This document shows, piece by piece, positions 1 to 8,756 of a stretch of 52,373 bases of DNA. The notes under the pieces were generated by a model that ran no database searches, was not told the origin of the DNA, and was given only the letters and a program-made list of their open reading frames with translations. Source of the stretch: a virus (lineage: Duplodnaviria > Heunggongvirae > Uroviricota > Caudoviricetes); the IMG/VR virus record IMGVR_UViG_3300037384_000074, positions 84,112 to 136,484 of that record; one strand, given 5' to 3'. Within the stretch, counting starts at the first letter, position 1, and the number at the start of each line of letters is the position of its first letter. A program made the translations under genes and the position numbers.

Positions 1-2
1 CG

Positions 3-1148
3 GTGGGCGGGCGGCGGAATTTGCTGACGTATACAGAGGACCTGTTGAGTTCCCGGTGGAGCAAATTGCAAGTGTCAGTGGTGCTTAGCGGGATGCCTCT
101 GCCGAGCGGTGTCGCGGCAGCGTTTAAGCTGACAGAAACCACCTCAGACTCCACCCACTCTACCTTTCAGCAATTCAGCTTTGTGGCGGGCGTAGAATAC
201 ACGATATGGACGAGAGCCAAATTTGACGGCCGCCACCTACAGCTTATACCACCCACGGCAGCTTTGGCTGGAGGGTATGCCAACTTCGACCTCCAGACCG
301 GAGTAAAGGGTCCATTTGGTGGATCGGGCCTGACGAGTGAAATGATCCCCGAGAGCGACGGGTGGCATCTTTGCTCGATCACCTTCACTGCTACTGGTTC
401 AACGACTGGCTCTCCTACATTCTTATTGGTCCCATCTCCCGAGTCCACTAGGTTGCAGCCATATACAGGTGACGGTGTGAGCGGCGTCTACCTGGGCGGG
501 CCTCAGATCGAAGTGGGTGATCGAACTCCTTACCAGCGCGTCACCTCCGATTGGGACGTGACTGAGGCCGGTAAGCGTGACTGTTGGTATCTCGGTTTCG
601 ATGGTGTCGATGACTTCATGTCATCTATCGCAAATCTCGACCTCACTGCTTCTGATAAGCTCACTATCTGGGCAGGACTCGAGAAGTTGTCAGACACGCC
701 AACTGGTATCTTCTTCGAGACTTCGCCAAGTGTTCTCTCGGCATCGTATCCGGGTAGTGCTGGATGGGTAATTCCATCCGTTAGCGGAGCTACGAGTGCT
801 GGATTCAATGTAAGAGGATCCGCGGCTATTTGTGGAAGAACAGGGTCATGGAGTCCGGCTCCTGCACGTGCAGTTCTATCTTCCGCTTATGACATTGCTG
901 GTGCTATACAAGCTGACGAGGTCTTTCCTCGGATCAATGGTGTGATTCCTACTCTAGTCTCCGTTGGTTTACCGTCAGGAACCGGCGACTTTGGGAACTA
1001 TAAGTCTTACCTCGGTCGTAGAGGAGAAGGGGGACTCTCTTTCAACGGTCGTATGTATGGGTTGATTGTTCGTGGTAAAAGTGCTACATCTGCTCAAATC
1101 AATTTTGTAGAACAAATTCTAGCTTATAATACAGGAATTACAATATGA
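3..1148 (+). CDS. Tail fibre/receptor-binding-like protein (5' truncated)
   Basis: NLLTYTEDL start motif, GGPQIEVG and YLGFDGVDDFM motifs, beta-rich LamG-like C-terminus typical of phage fibre proteins; NLLTY...Q.E.G motifs shared with 15139..16404. Confidence 0.6.
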   Translation: MGGRRNLLTYTEDLLSSRWSKLQVSVVLSGMPLPSGVAAAFKLTETTSDSTHSTFQQFSFVAGVEYTIWTRAKFDGRHLQLIPPTAALAGGYANFDLQTGVKGPFGGSGLTSEMIPESDGWHLCSITFTATGSTTGSPTFLLVPSPESTRLQPYTGDGVSGVYLGGPQIEVGDRTPYQRVTSDWDVTEAGKRDCWYLGFDGVDDFMSSIANLDLTASDKLTIWAGLEKLSDTPTGIFFETSPSVLSASYPGSAGWVIPSVSGATSAGFNVRGSAAICGRTGSWSPAPARAVLSSAYDIAGAIQADEVFPRINGVIPTLVSVGLPSGTGDFGNYKSYLGRRGEGGLSFNGRMYGLIVRGKSATSAQINFVEQILAYNTGITI

Positions 1149-1546
1149 GTGAAACTGTCAACATCACAATCGCTGTACCACACAACCTCGTCGACGATGC
1201 AAATCAACTTGCACGTTGCGTAGGATATGGCCCTGAAGACGACAGAACTTTCCAAGGAAATACTTGGCAGGATGTGGATGGTAACCTATATGCTGTCGCC
1301 TCAGGCCCAGTATGGCCAGCATTTATGGAAAATGCTCTTGCACCATTAGTAGAACCTCAATGGGGTGCAGATTTAACTGCCGCGACACGTGCCCAGATGA
1401 ATCTTGTTGTTTTTGATCTACGTATTCCAGAAACTGAAGTCACTCCTGCTAACCATACACTAATTAATGCAGTCGTAGGAGTTGAAGGTTTATATGCTTT
1501 ATCACTACTCGGTATTGCAGCAGTTCCAGAGTTGACTTCCGAATAA
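1145..1546 (+). CDS. Small protein coupled to fibre gene (putative fibre assembly/partner protein)
   Basis: ATGA-type overlap with upstream ORF; same position as 14732..15142 behind the other fibre-like gene. Confidence 0.45.
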   Translation: MSETVNITIAVPHNLVDDANQLARCVGYGPEDDRTFQGNTWQDVDGNLYAVASGPVWPAFMENALAPLVEPQWGADLTAATRAQMNLVVFDLRIPETEVTPANHTLINAVVGVEGLYALSLLGIAAVPELTSE

Positions 1547-1566
1547 TATACAACTAATCTGTTCCG

Positions 1567-1791
1567 ATGAACAATATTCTCGGAACACAAATTATCATCA
1601 ACGATTTATTGGTTGATACTGTTGAAGATTGGTCACAGTGCCGATCTAGATCTCGTGCCGAACGTCGAAGACGTAAGGGGCACCATCAGCGCGTAGCTAC
1701 CAAATCCATACCGAGTACCAAGATCCTGAATTTCGCAGGCAAACTCGTCATGCACTCTTCAATGTATAAACTTCTTAGAGATCAAACTTGA
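1567..1791 (+). CDS. Hypothetical protein
   Basis: ORF overlapping next start; RSRSRAERRRRKGH basic motif. Confidence 0.5.
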   Translation: MNNILGTQIIINDLLVDTVEDWSQCRSRSRAERRRRKGHHQRVATKSIPSTKILNFAGKLVMHSSMYKLLRDQT

Positions 1792-2024
1792 AACCACATA
1801 TTGATATTGCGGCCGTTTGTCGTGAACTATGCACTCGATATTATCCGCACAATTCTTCAATCCAAGATCAAATTCGCTCTGGCAAATTGGACTATCAATT
1901 CGATGTGTATTATGCCATTTTAGGAGCTAAAGCTCTTCTTGCAGAATTGAAAAGACAGCAAATTATCTCTGATGCCGTCGAAATTGTTGACAATTCGCGG
2001 TTTTCAGACGATATTGGCTTGTAG
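1788..2024 (+). CDS. Hypothetical protein
   Basis: TTGA overlap with upstream stop. Confidence 0.45.
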   Translation: MKPHIDIAAVCRELCTRYYPHNSSIQDQIRSGKLDYQFDVYYAILGAKALLAELKRQQIISDAVEIVDNSRFSDDIGL

Positions 2025-2035
2025 GAGTAATACAC

Positions 2036-2830
2036 ATGAGTAAGACATTTGCAATTGCCGATCTTCACGGGAGATTCGATCTCCTATTGATGGCTTTGCG
2101 TGAAATTGACAATCGCGCTGAAAGCGGCGATACGGTTGTCTTCACAGGAGATTATATCGATCGTGGGCCCGAAAGTGCGAACATTCTCACGACTCTGATT
2201 GAAGGCCCTGTGAAATATCATGGTAAGGATCGTGATATTACGTGGGTTTGCCTCAAGGGTAATCATGAAGAAATCATGCGTCTTTCCGCGACGCAGGACA
2301 ATGATGCTCTCACGCATCATATGGGGTCGTGGTGGGTCAAGAATGGTGGCGGTAAGACGTTATTGTCGTATGGAGCTCCCAGCAATTCAACGATAATCGA
2401 CGCTATCAAGTTTATCCCCCAGTCTCACGTTGACTGGATCTCAAATCTGAACCATGTTCACGTCGATGAACATCGAATCTTCGTGCATGCTGGTCTCAAT
2501 CACAATGTGAGTCTCGAAGATCAGGATGAAGAAACTCTGATCTGGAAGATCAACCACGAAGGTGATGAGCGCGATTATCGTGGACTCCATATTGTTCATG
2601 GTCACGATCAGTTCGCGGAAGGCCCGATCTTGCTCAAAGGTCGGACTGATCTCGACACTTTTGCCTGGGCAACTGGACGAATTGTTATCGGCGTTTTTGA
2701 TGACGATATTGCTGGAGGACCTGTTGATCTGATCGAAGTGAAGGGCGATCCTCACGCTTCTTATTTCGCACCAAAACAGTCTGATTTGGTTGTTGGTGGA
2801 TCTGCGTACCTAAGAGGTCGTGATGGATGA
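2036..2830 (+). CDS. Calcineurin-like metallophosphoesterase (NinI/PrpA-like Ser/Thr phosphatase)
   Basis: ADLHG, GDYIDRGP, LKGNHE, FVHAG, VHGH motifs; SD AGGAG upstream. Confidence 0.9.
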   Translation: MSKTFAIADLHGRFDLLLMALREIDNRAESGDTVVFTGDYIDRGPESANILTTLIEGPVKYHGKDRDITWVCLKGNHEEIMRLSATQDNDALTHHMGSWWVKNGGGKTLLSYGAPSNSTIIDAIKFIPQSHVDWISNLNHVHVDEHRIFVHAGLNHNVSLEDQDEETLIWKINHEGDERDYRGLHIVHGHDQFAEGPILLKGRTDLDTFAWATGRIVIGVFDDDIAGGPVDLIEVKGDPHASYFAPKQSDLVVGGSAYLRGRDG

Positions 2831-2991
2831 GACTTATTCTAAATGGCTTCGAATCCAGTATCTAATTTCTAAGGTTTCATGTATGGAAGATGAAATCTTG
2901 AATCCTCTTGAACGAGTGTGGAAGACGCGTCAGCTTGAAAGGTCGGCGCGTCTTCTATGGTCTCGATATTCGAACATCGTATGGTGCTGAA

Positions 2992-3558
2992 ATGACGTAT
3001 GAAATTGATTTCGAGAAGGTAAATCGTGCGATTGTATGGGCACGCCAGCGACATGCCGGCCAGACACTCAAGAGTGGCGAGGATTATTTCGAGAATCATG
3101 TCATTCAGGTCTACACTCACGTTCTTGATAATGTAACAATTTTCAAGACTGAGAACGCCACTGACATCGTTATTGCAGCTCTTCTGCACGACGTTCTCGA
3201 AGATACGTCTACGACGTGGCAGGAAATTGCTTGCGAATTTGGTGACTACGTTACCGAGCTCGTTGATCGAGTCACTGATGAACCTGCTCCAAATCGTAAG
3301 GAGCGGAAGCTCACTTCCTATTGGAAGATTCGTGGAGATGAAAACGCGCTTGTGATCAAGCTGTGCGATCGGATCGTTAACGTCAACTTGTGCATTGGAT
3401 CGAATCGTGAGTTCGGCAAGATGTACCTCAAGGAAGCGTATGTGTTCAAGTGCGCGGTGTGGTCTCCTGAGCATGGTGCTCGCATTGGCAATCTGTGGAA
3501 CCATCTCGAGAATCAGTATAATCTACTCGAACATATGATCAAAATGGATTCCAAATGA
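2992..3558 (+). CDS. HD-domain (p)ppGpp hydrolase-like protein (SpoT-HD/Mesh1, small alarmone hydrolase)
   Basis: HAGQ..KSGEDY..H, AALLHDVLEDT, IKLCDRI.N motifs; ATG 2992 preferred over track start 2908. Confidence 0.85.
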   Translation: MTYEIDFEKVNRAIVWARQRHAGQTLKSGEDYFENHVIQVYTHVLDNVTIFKTENATDIVIAALLHDVLEDTSTTWQEIACEFGDYVTELVDRVTDEPAPNRKERKLTSYWKIRGDENALVIKLCDRIVNVNLCIGSNREFGKMYLKEAYVFKCAVWSPEHGARIGNLWNHLENQYNLLEHMIKMDSK

Positions 3559-3953
3559 TCTTTATCGCCCTAATTGTCGTTATGATTGCCCATTATGCAG
3601 GTGATTTTCTGTTTCAAACACGTGAAATGGCGGAAAATAAGAGCCGAAGCATAATGGTTCTACTCGACCATGTGTTCGTATATACTAGGACTCTTGGATC
3701 GATCATCATTGGCACTTTTATTGCTGCATTGTTGATTTTTCCAGGATTTCTAACGATTTTCATGTTGCCAATGATCGGCGCTTACATGATTATCAATGGT
3801 GTACTACACTTTGCAGTTGATTATGTCACTAGTAAAGTGTCAGCATATTACTTTCGCGTCGACAACATGAAGGCGTTCTGGAACACGATTGGCTTAGACC
3901 AGTTTCTACATGCGTCATGTTTAATCGGAACCGCTGCTCTTCTCACACTTTGA
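3555..3953 (+). CDS. DUF3307-like membrane protein
   Basis: HYAGDFLFQ, DHVFVY, HFAVDY, GLDQFLH motifs with hydrophobic segments. Confidence 0.75.
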   Translation: MIFIALIVVMIAHYAGDFLFQTREMAENKSRSIMVLLDHVFVYTRTLGSIIIGTFIAALLIFPGFLTIFMLPMIGAYMIINGVLHFAVDYVTSKVSAYYFRVDNMKAFWNTIGLDQFLHASCLIGTAALLTL

Positions 3954-3962
3954 GGTAACATC

Positions 3963-4571
3963 ATGGCTAATCCTGTTCCTGAATATCTCCGTGAATTGAT
4001 CGGAAAGTGCGTCCGTTTCAATAAGAAGGCCGAGGATCTCGAGTCCTACGTTGAATTGAATGTCTGTGGTCGAATCACCGATATCTTTCTGAATCATTAT
4101 TCCGATGATCCTAATGAACAGGTGTTCATGGTCATTGTCGATTTCTCTGAATTTGATGAGATGAACCGTCAGTTTGAATCTCGGAACTATTACGATAGTG
4201 ACGGCAACCCGACCAAGAATGCACGTGAAGCAGGATATTACGAAGTCGTCGATCACCTTTGGGTCGGACCCAATTTCAATGAAATGGTTGAGGTGATCGC
4301 AGAACCAGTCACTGAAACGATCGTCGGCGTCTCCATCATGCGTGATGGTATTCCGGCCTCGCTTCCGAAGCCGTATCGTCATCATCACCTCATCCTGATG
4401 CTAGCTTCTATCGGCGAAGATACTCCTATCACGGGCGAACAAGGATTCTGGACGAGTAATGGACGTTTTGTCGATCGAGTCGAAGGAAAGAAGATCGCAG
4501 TTGCAGCTGGACAATACAAGGCCGCAACTGATCCGGATTTGGTCGATCTTTACTCCGAAGACCTGTGGTGA
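3963..4571 (+). CDS. Hypothetical protein
   Basis: SD GAGG upstream; long ORF. Confidence 0.65.
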   Translation: MANPVPEYLRELIGKCVRFNKKAEDLESYVELNVCGRITDIFLNHYSDDPNEQVFMVIVDFSEFDEMNRQFESRNYYDSDGNPTKNAREAGYYEVVDHLWVGPNFNEMVEVIAEPVTETIVGVSIMRDGIPASLPKPYRHHHLILMLASIGEDTPITGEQGFWTSNGRFVDRVEGKKIAVAAGQYKAATDPDLVDLYSEDLW

Positions 4572-4639
4572 TCTGTTGACTTAATGATCTGAACGATAGA
4601 TCATTATCTCCAGATCAACCGAGCAGCTCTGGAGAGCTT

Positions 4640-4840
4640 ATGTTGTATACTCTGACGGATCCGAATAACTTCTACTGCGGCCAAGATGTTGTGGTGACGG
4701 GCGCTCCAGCCGATCTTCCGATGTATCGGAGTGTACGACTGGTGGAAGGTCATGACTCATTCTTCGTAGAACCGAGGCATCTGGAGCCTAATCTTCAACC
4801 TTTCGACATGATTCCGCTACCTCCTCTAGAGGAGCGGTGA
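4640..4840 (+). CDS. Hypothetical protein
   Basis: TTGACT-type promoter at ~4576 and SD GGAG upstream. Confidence 0.55.
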   Translation: MLYTLTDPNNFYCGQDVVVTGAPADLPMYRSVRLVEGHDSFFVEPRHLEPNLQPFDMIPLPPLEER

Positions 4841-4844
4841 TATT

Positions 4845-4920
4845 GAGTCGGTAGCTTAATGGGTAAAGCGAGGGACTTTTAATCCCGAGACTGTGGGTTC
4901 AAGTCCCACCCGACTCACCA
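4845..4920 (+). tRNA. tRNA-Lys(UUU)
   Basis: GAGTCGG/CCGACTC acceptor, loop CTTTTAA, GTTCAAGTC T loop, encoded CCA. Confidence 0.92.
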
Positions 4921-4926
4921 TTTTTC

Positions 4927-4952
4927 AAAAGCCCTGTCTAGACAGGGCTTTT
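4927..4952. terminator. Perfect 26-bp palindrome, bidirectional intrinsic terminator-like
   Basis: AAAAGCCCTGTCT-AGACAGGGCTTTT. Confidence 0.8.
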
Positions 4953-4959
4953 CCTGTTG

Positions 4960-4966
4960 ATAAATA
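4960..4966 (+). promoter_or_regulatory. T4-type late promoter (ATAAATA) 4 nt before ATG
   Basis: ATAAATA-GTTG-ATG; the same box precedes structural genes. Confidence 0.75.
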
Positions 4967-4970
4967 GTTG

Positions 4971-5636
4971 ATGATTCCTTTCAAGCAATATATCACCGAA
5001 TTATCCAAGCCAAATGACGTAGACCTCGTGAAAGCAGCTTTCAGAGATCTACGGGATGAAATGGGGCAGGAGTATTTTACTAACACGTTTTATCGCTTTG
5101 GGGTGTGGCATTCTCCCTCTACTATGAAACGTAAAATTGAAGCTCGAAGTGTAATGAAGCGGGCACTTGGAAAATATGGTTTCGAATTAATTGGAGCCGG
5201 TGCTAAAGGAGCAGCCTTTGCTCACGACAAATACCCATATATTATCAAGATATTTAGCTATGATGATGGATATATGGATTATTTGAGATTCGCAGCAAAA
5301 CATCCAAACAACAAATATGTTCCTAAATTCAAGGGGCAAGCAACAAAAATTTTCGACGAAATATATTATGTTCGGGTAGAAAAACTTGAAGAAATTGCAA
5401 GTCTTACGCCTAAGCTAGTTAGTATTATGAGTGAATTTGAGGATATTTCAAGGTTGCTGCGCAAGTATGGCGAACGTGCACTGACGGAAAAAAATCTCCG
5501 TGTTGAGAAAGACATGTTGGAATTTTGCAGGTACTTATCCAAAGTCCCCGAAAATTTTGGAGTTGATCTGCACGATGGCAACTTCATGCAGCGTCCTAAT
5601 GGACAGATTGTAGTGATTGATCCCCTCATTGGGTGA
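4971..5636 (+). CDS. Protein-kinase-like fold protein with capsid-targeting-like N-terminus
   Basis: MIPFKQYITE; GAGAKGAAF Gly loop, IIKIF Lys, DLHDGNFM catalytic loop, VVIDP. Confidence 0.75.
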   Translation: MIPFKQYITELSKPNDVDLVKAAFRDLRDEMGQEYFTNTFYRFGVWHSPSTMKRKIEARSVMKRALGKYGFELIGAGAKGAAFAHDKYPYIIKIFSYDDGYMDYLRFAAKHPNNKYVPKFKGQATKIFDEIYYVRVEKLEEIASLTPKLVSIMSEFEDISRLLRKYGERALTEKNLRVEKDMLEFCRYLSKVPENFGVDLHDGNFMQRPNGQIVVIDPLIG

Positions 5637-5802
5637 TTGACTTTTCGCCGAAATGATCTATGATTCCTCTAGTAATGGAGGATACTATGGCCGATGTTAT
5701 TGACATGATTATGAGTTTGATCGTTCTGTTTGCGATCCTCGGCTTTTGCTGGGGATTTCTTGTTGGTATGGTCAAGGGGATCACTAAGTTCTTCAGGGGT
5801 TG

Positions 5803-6264
5803 ATCATGGTTTCACTTGTTCCAAAACGAAAGCATCCTGATCAACTCGGCCCTTTGAAAGTGGCACTCGGAACTCCTCCTGATACAGGTTGTTGTGGAAT
5901 TGCTGCAGTTGCTGCCGTATCAGGAGTTGATTTTCCAACTGCGTTCAGATTCTTCCGAGCTGGACGTTCCAGAAAATATATGGGTCGGACTAATCATTAT
6001 GACAGAGTCCGTGCGCTTAATAATTTCGGGATTGATTACACGGATCTAACAGACAAAGTTCGTGGTAAGCTGCCATTAGCGTCATGGGTAAGACATTTCG
6101 CTGACAAGAACGCTACATACCTTGTTACGACCAGAAATCACGCTCAAGTGATTAGTGGTGACTATGTTCTTGATCAAAGTGGTGTTCGACCAGTCTATAA
6201 TGATTGGACTGGTAGCCGTGGAGTATTGTCAGTGTTGGAGATTCACAATGCTCGATTCACGTGA
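5803..6264 (+). CDS. Hypothetical protein, possible papain/C39-like Cys-His fold
   Basis: CCGIAAVAAVSG and HAQVI..DYVLD motifs. Confidence 0.45.
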   Translation: MMVSLVPKRKHPDQLGPLKVALGTPPDTGCCGIAAVAAVSGVDFPTAFRFFRAGRSRKYMGRTNHYDRVRALNNFGIDYTDLTDKVRGKLPLASWVRHFADKNATYLVTTRNHAQVISGDYVLDQSGVRPVYNDWTGSRGVLSVLEIHNARFT

Positions 6265-6467
6265 ACTAGCTGCATTCGCAAATGTCTGCAGTATCAAGGG
6301 ATATCTAAAGGACGATAAAGCTCAGGAAATCACTGATCAAATCAACCGCGATATGAAACTTCGTGATCGTGCAGCTCTTTCCGAGTTCATCGACAACAAA
6401 CTCGCTGGAGATGCATTTTCACGAACTGATTGTCTGACTATCACAACTTGGATTCTAGGAGAAGTCA

Positions 6468-6890
6468 ATGGCGATTAATTCGTTCTCGGGAAAATATCAC
6501 TTTCTTTCCAACTTCTATCCTGTCAAAATCTCACTCGATGAAGTCGTCTATCCGACGGTAGAACACGCGTATCAGGCCGCAAAGACGTTCAGTGAAGACC
6601 AGCGGGCGGCTATTCTGAAGAGTGAAACGCCTGGTATAGCGAAGCGTCTCGGCCGACTCGTCACTTTGCGGAACGACTGGGAAGACGTCAAATTCCTTTT
6701 GATGAAGGAACTAGTAACCCAGAAATTCTGCTATCCTGAGCTTGAGGATCTGCTTAAGAGCACGTATCCTCATGAGCTGATCGAAGGAAACACATGGGGT
6801 GATACTTACTGGGGCGTTTGCAACGGTGTAGGACACAGCCATCTTGGAAACATCTTGACTGAGATTAGATTCCGCCTTATGTTCACTTAA
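6468..6890 (+). CDS. NADAR (YbiA/DUF1768) family N-glycosidase
   Basis: FLSNFY, YPTVEHAYQAAK, AKRLGR, LIEGNTWGDTYWG, LGNIL. Confidence 0.93.
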   Translation: MAINSFSGKYHFLSNFYPVKISLDEVVYPTVEHAYQAAKTFSEDQRAAILKSETPGIAKRLGRLVTLRNDWEDVKFLLMKELVTQKFCYPELEDLLKSTYPHELIEGNTWGDTYWGVCNGVGHSHLGNILTEIRFRLMFT

Positions 6891-6898
6891 TCAAATTC

Positions 6899-6973
6899 GC
6901 TCACGTGGTCCAAAGGATGGTCAGCAATCTTCTAAATTGCCCTATGTAGGTTCGAGTCCTACCGTGAGCTCCA
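6899..6973 (+). tRNA. tRNA-Arg(UCU)
   Basis: GCTCACG/CGTGAGC acceptor, GCAAT-CTTCTAA-ATTGC anticodon arm, CCA; weak D stem. Confidence 0.85.
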
Positions 6974-6987
6974 TCATAAATACCGAA

Positions 6988-7036
6988 AGGATGGGATAGA
7001 CCCATCCTATAACATAATTCGAAGAGGTTTCGAATG
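6988..7036 (+). promoter_or_regulatory. AUAGA-loop hairpin plus SD-occluding hairpin upstream of NadM-Nudix
   Basis: AGGATGGG-ATAGA-CCCATCCT, then TTCGAA-GAGGT-TTCGAA overlapping ATG; CATAAATA at 6975-6982. Confidence 0.6.
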
Positions 7037-8092
7037 ACTAAGAAATATGATTACCTCGTGTTCATCGCGAGGATGCAGCCTTATCACATCGGGCATCATG
7101 CAATTATCGAGCGAGCTCTCGAATTGTCCGAAAATGTGATTATTGTGCTTGGCTCGCACAATTCCTCTCGCACAATCCGCAATCCACTAACCTGCTGGGA
7201 ACGTGAACAGCTCGTTATCGCTGCTTTTGACGATAACCTCCCAGCAGGTGGACGGCTGATCTTCCATTATCAGGAAGATCACATGTACAATGATCAGCGT
7301 TGGCTCGCTGAAGTGCAGAGTGCGATTCATCGGATTGTGTACAGTCGTTGGCAGGCTGGCCCATACAGGATTGGCCTGATCGGACATGAGAAGGACGCGT
7401 CGAGCTATTACCTCAAGCTATTCCCTGAGTGGGAAGCTGAAGGCGTGGCACCTGTTCTACTCAATGGAGCTGTAATCGATTCGACGAAGATTCGCGAAAT
7501 CACATTCGGCGGTCTTGAATTCAACAAAGAATCTGTCCTCAATCCGATGTTTCCGAGTCCTCTCGTTCACGCGTATTGGTATCATTTTCTCCAAGATACC
7601 AAACTGTTTGAGGAATATGAGTTCGTCCTCAAGTACAAGGAACAGTGGAAGCATTCGCCATATCCGCCAACGTTCGTCACCGTTGACGCAGTTGTGACTA
7701 TTTCCGGACACGTTCTACTGATTCGTCGTGGTGCAATGCCTGGTTTGGGTCTGTGGGCGCTTCCTGGCGGCTTTCTTGAACAGGGTGAGCGAGTCCGTGA
7801 CGGTGCGATTCGTGAGCTCTATGAGGAAACGAAGCTCGCTGTCCCTCGTGCAGTGATTGAAGGTTCGATCGTCGGAATAAAGGTATACGATCACGTTCAT
7901 CGCTCTTCACGTGGAAGAACTATCACTCATACGACGCATGTGGCGTTGAAAGATGCCACAAAGTTGCCTAAGATCAAAGGATCGGATGACGCTGCGAAGG
8001 CCAAGTGGGTGCCTATTGGTGAAGTACTCAACATGAAGCATCTCTTCTTCGAAGATCATTACTCTATGTTGGAAGACACACTCGGTCTCTGA
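7034..8092 (+). CDS. nadM: Bifunctional NMN adenylyltransferase/Nudix hydrolase (NadM-Nudix)
   Basis: ARMQPYHIGH (HxGH), DSTKIRE, TVDAVV, WALPGGF...ELYEET Nudix box, GSDDA, FFEDHY. Confidence 0.95.
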   Translation: MTKKYDYLVFIARMQPYHIGHHAIIERALELSENVIIVLGSHNSSRTIRNPLTCWEREQLVIAAFDDNLPAGGRLIFHYQEDHMYNDQRWLAEVQSAIHRIVYSRWQAGPYRIGLIGHEKDASSYYLKLFPEWEAEGVAPVLLNGAVIDSTKIREITFGGLEFNKESVLNPMFPSPLVHAYWYHFLQDTKLFEEYEFVLKYKEQWKHSPYPPTFVTVDAVVTISGHVLLIRRGAMPGLGLWALPGGFLEQGERVRDGAIRELYEETKLAVPRAVIEGSIVGIKVYDHVHRSSRGRTITHTTHVALKDATKLPKIKGSDDAAKAKWVPIGEVLNMKHLFFEDHYSMLEDTLGL

Positions 8093-8099
8093 GGGTATC

Positions 8100-8756
8100 A
8101 TGAAACACGTCCTTATTTCGATCGCAATCGGCACGATTCTGACTGCAATTTCCTATTTTGTGGGAATCCATTATCTGTGGATCACGGAGGTCAACTGGCT
8201 GGAAGTATTCAGCGTCTTCACGGCGTATGCATGTACGTATCTTTGTGTGCAACAGTCGAGAAACAACTATTTCTTCGGAATCGTCTCAGTGGCGGCGCTG
8301 TCTCTTCTTTTCTATCAGGCAGAGTTATTCTCGTCTATGGCGCTCAACATCTACCTGTTTCCGACTCTGGTTTACGGGTATTTCTTCTGGCGTCCTGACG
8401 ATAACACTCGACCGGTAACGAGTATTCGGGATTATTCCAATCTTTGGGTCGGAGCATTCACTGCACTCGTTGCTGCTACATATGGCGTAGTGATTCTCGT
8501 GTCGAGTCAGTTTGGAGCGGCTCTTCCCTTCGCAGACTCAGCGATTCTTGTGCTTAGCATAGCAGCTCAGTTTCTACTCGATCGCAAGATCAAAGAGACG
8601 TGGATCGTCTGGATTGCTGTTAACATTATCTCGATTCCAGTGTATATAAGTGCAGGACTTCCTCTGGTGGCATTCCAGTACGTTTTCTTCCTGTTCAACG
8701 CCATCTGGGGATTCAAAATGTGGAATGAATCGCAGAGGAAAATGAATCATGCTTAA
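8100..8756 (+). CDS. pnuC: Nicotinamide riboside transporter PnuC
   Basis: Multi-TM protein with NNYFFGI, FADS, AQFLL.RK..ETW.VW motifs; adjacent to nadR. Confidence 0.9.
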   Translation: MKHVLISIAIGTILTAISYFVGIHYLWITEVNWLEVFSVFTAYACTYLCVQQSRNNYFFGIVSVAALSLLFYQAELFSSMALNIYLFPTLVYGYFFWRPDDNTRPVTSIRDYSNLWVGAFTALVAATYGVVILVSSQFGAALPFADSAILVLSIAAQFLLDRKIKETWIVWIAVNIISIPVYISAGLPLVAFQYVFFLFNAIWGFKMWNESQRKMNHA

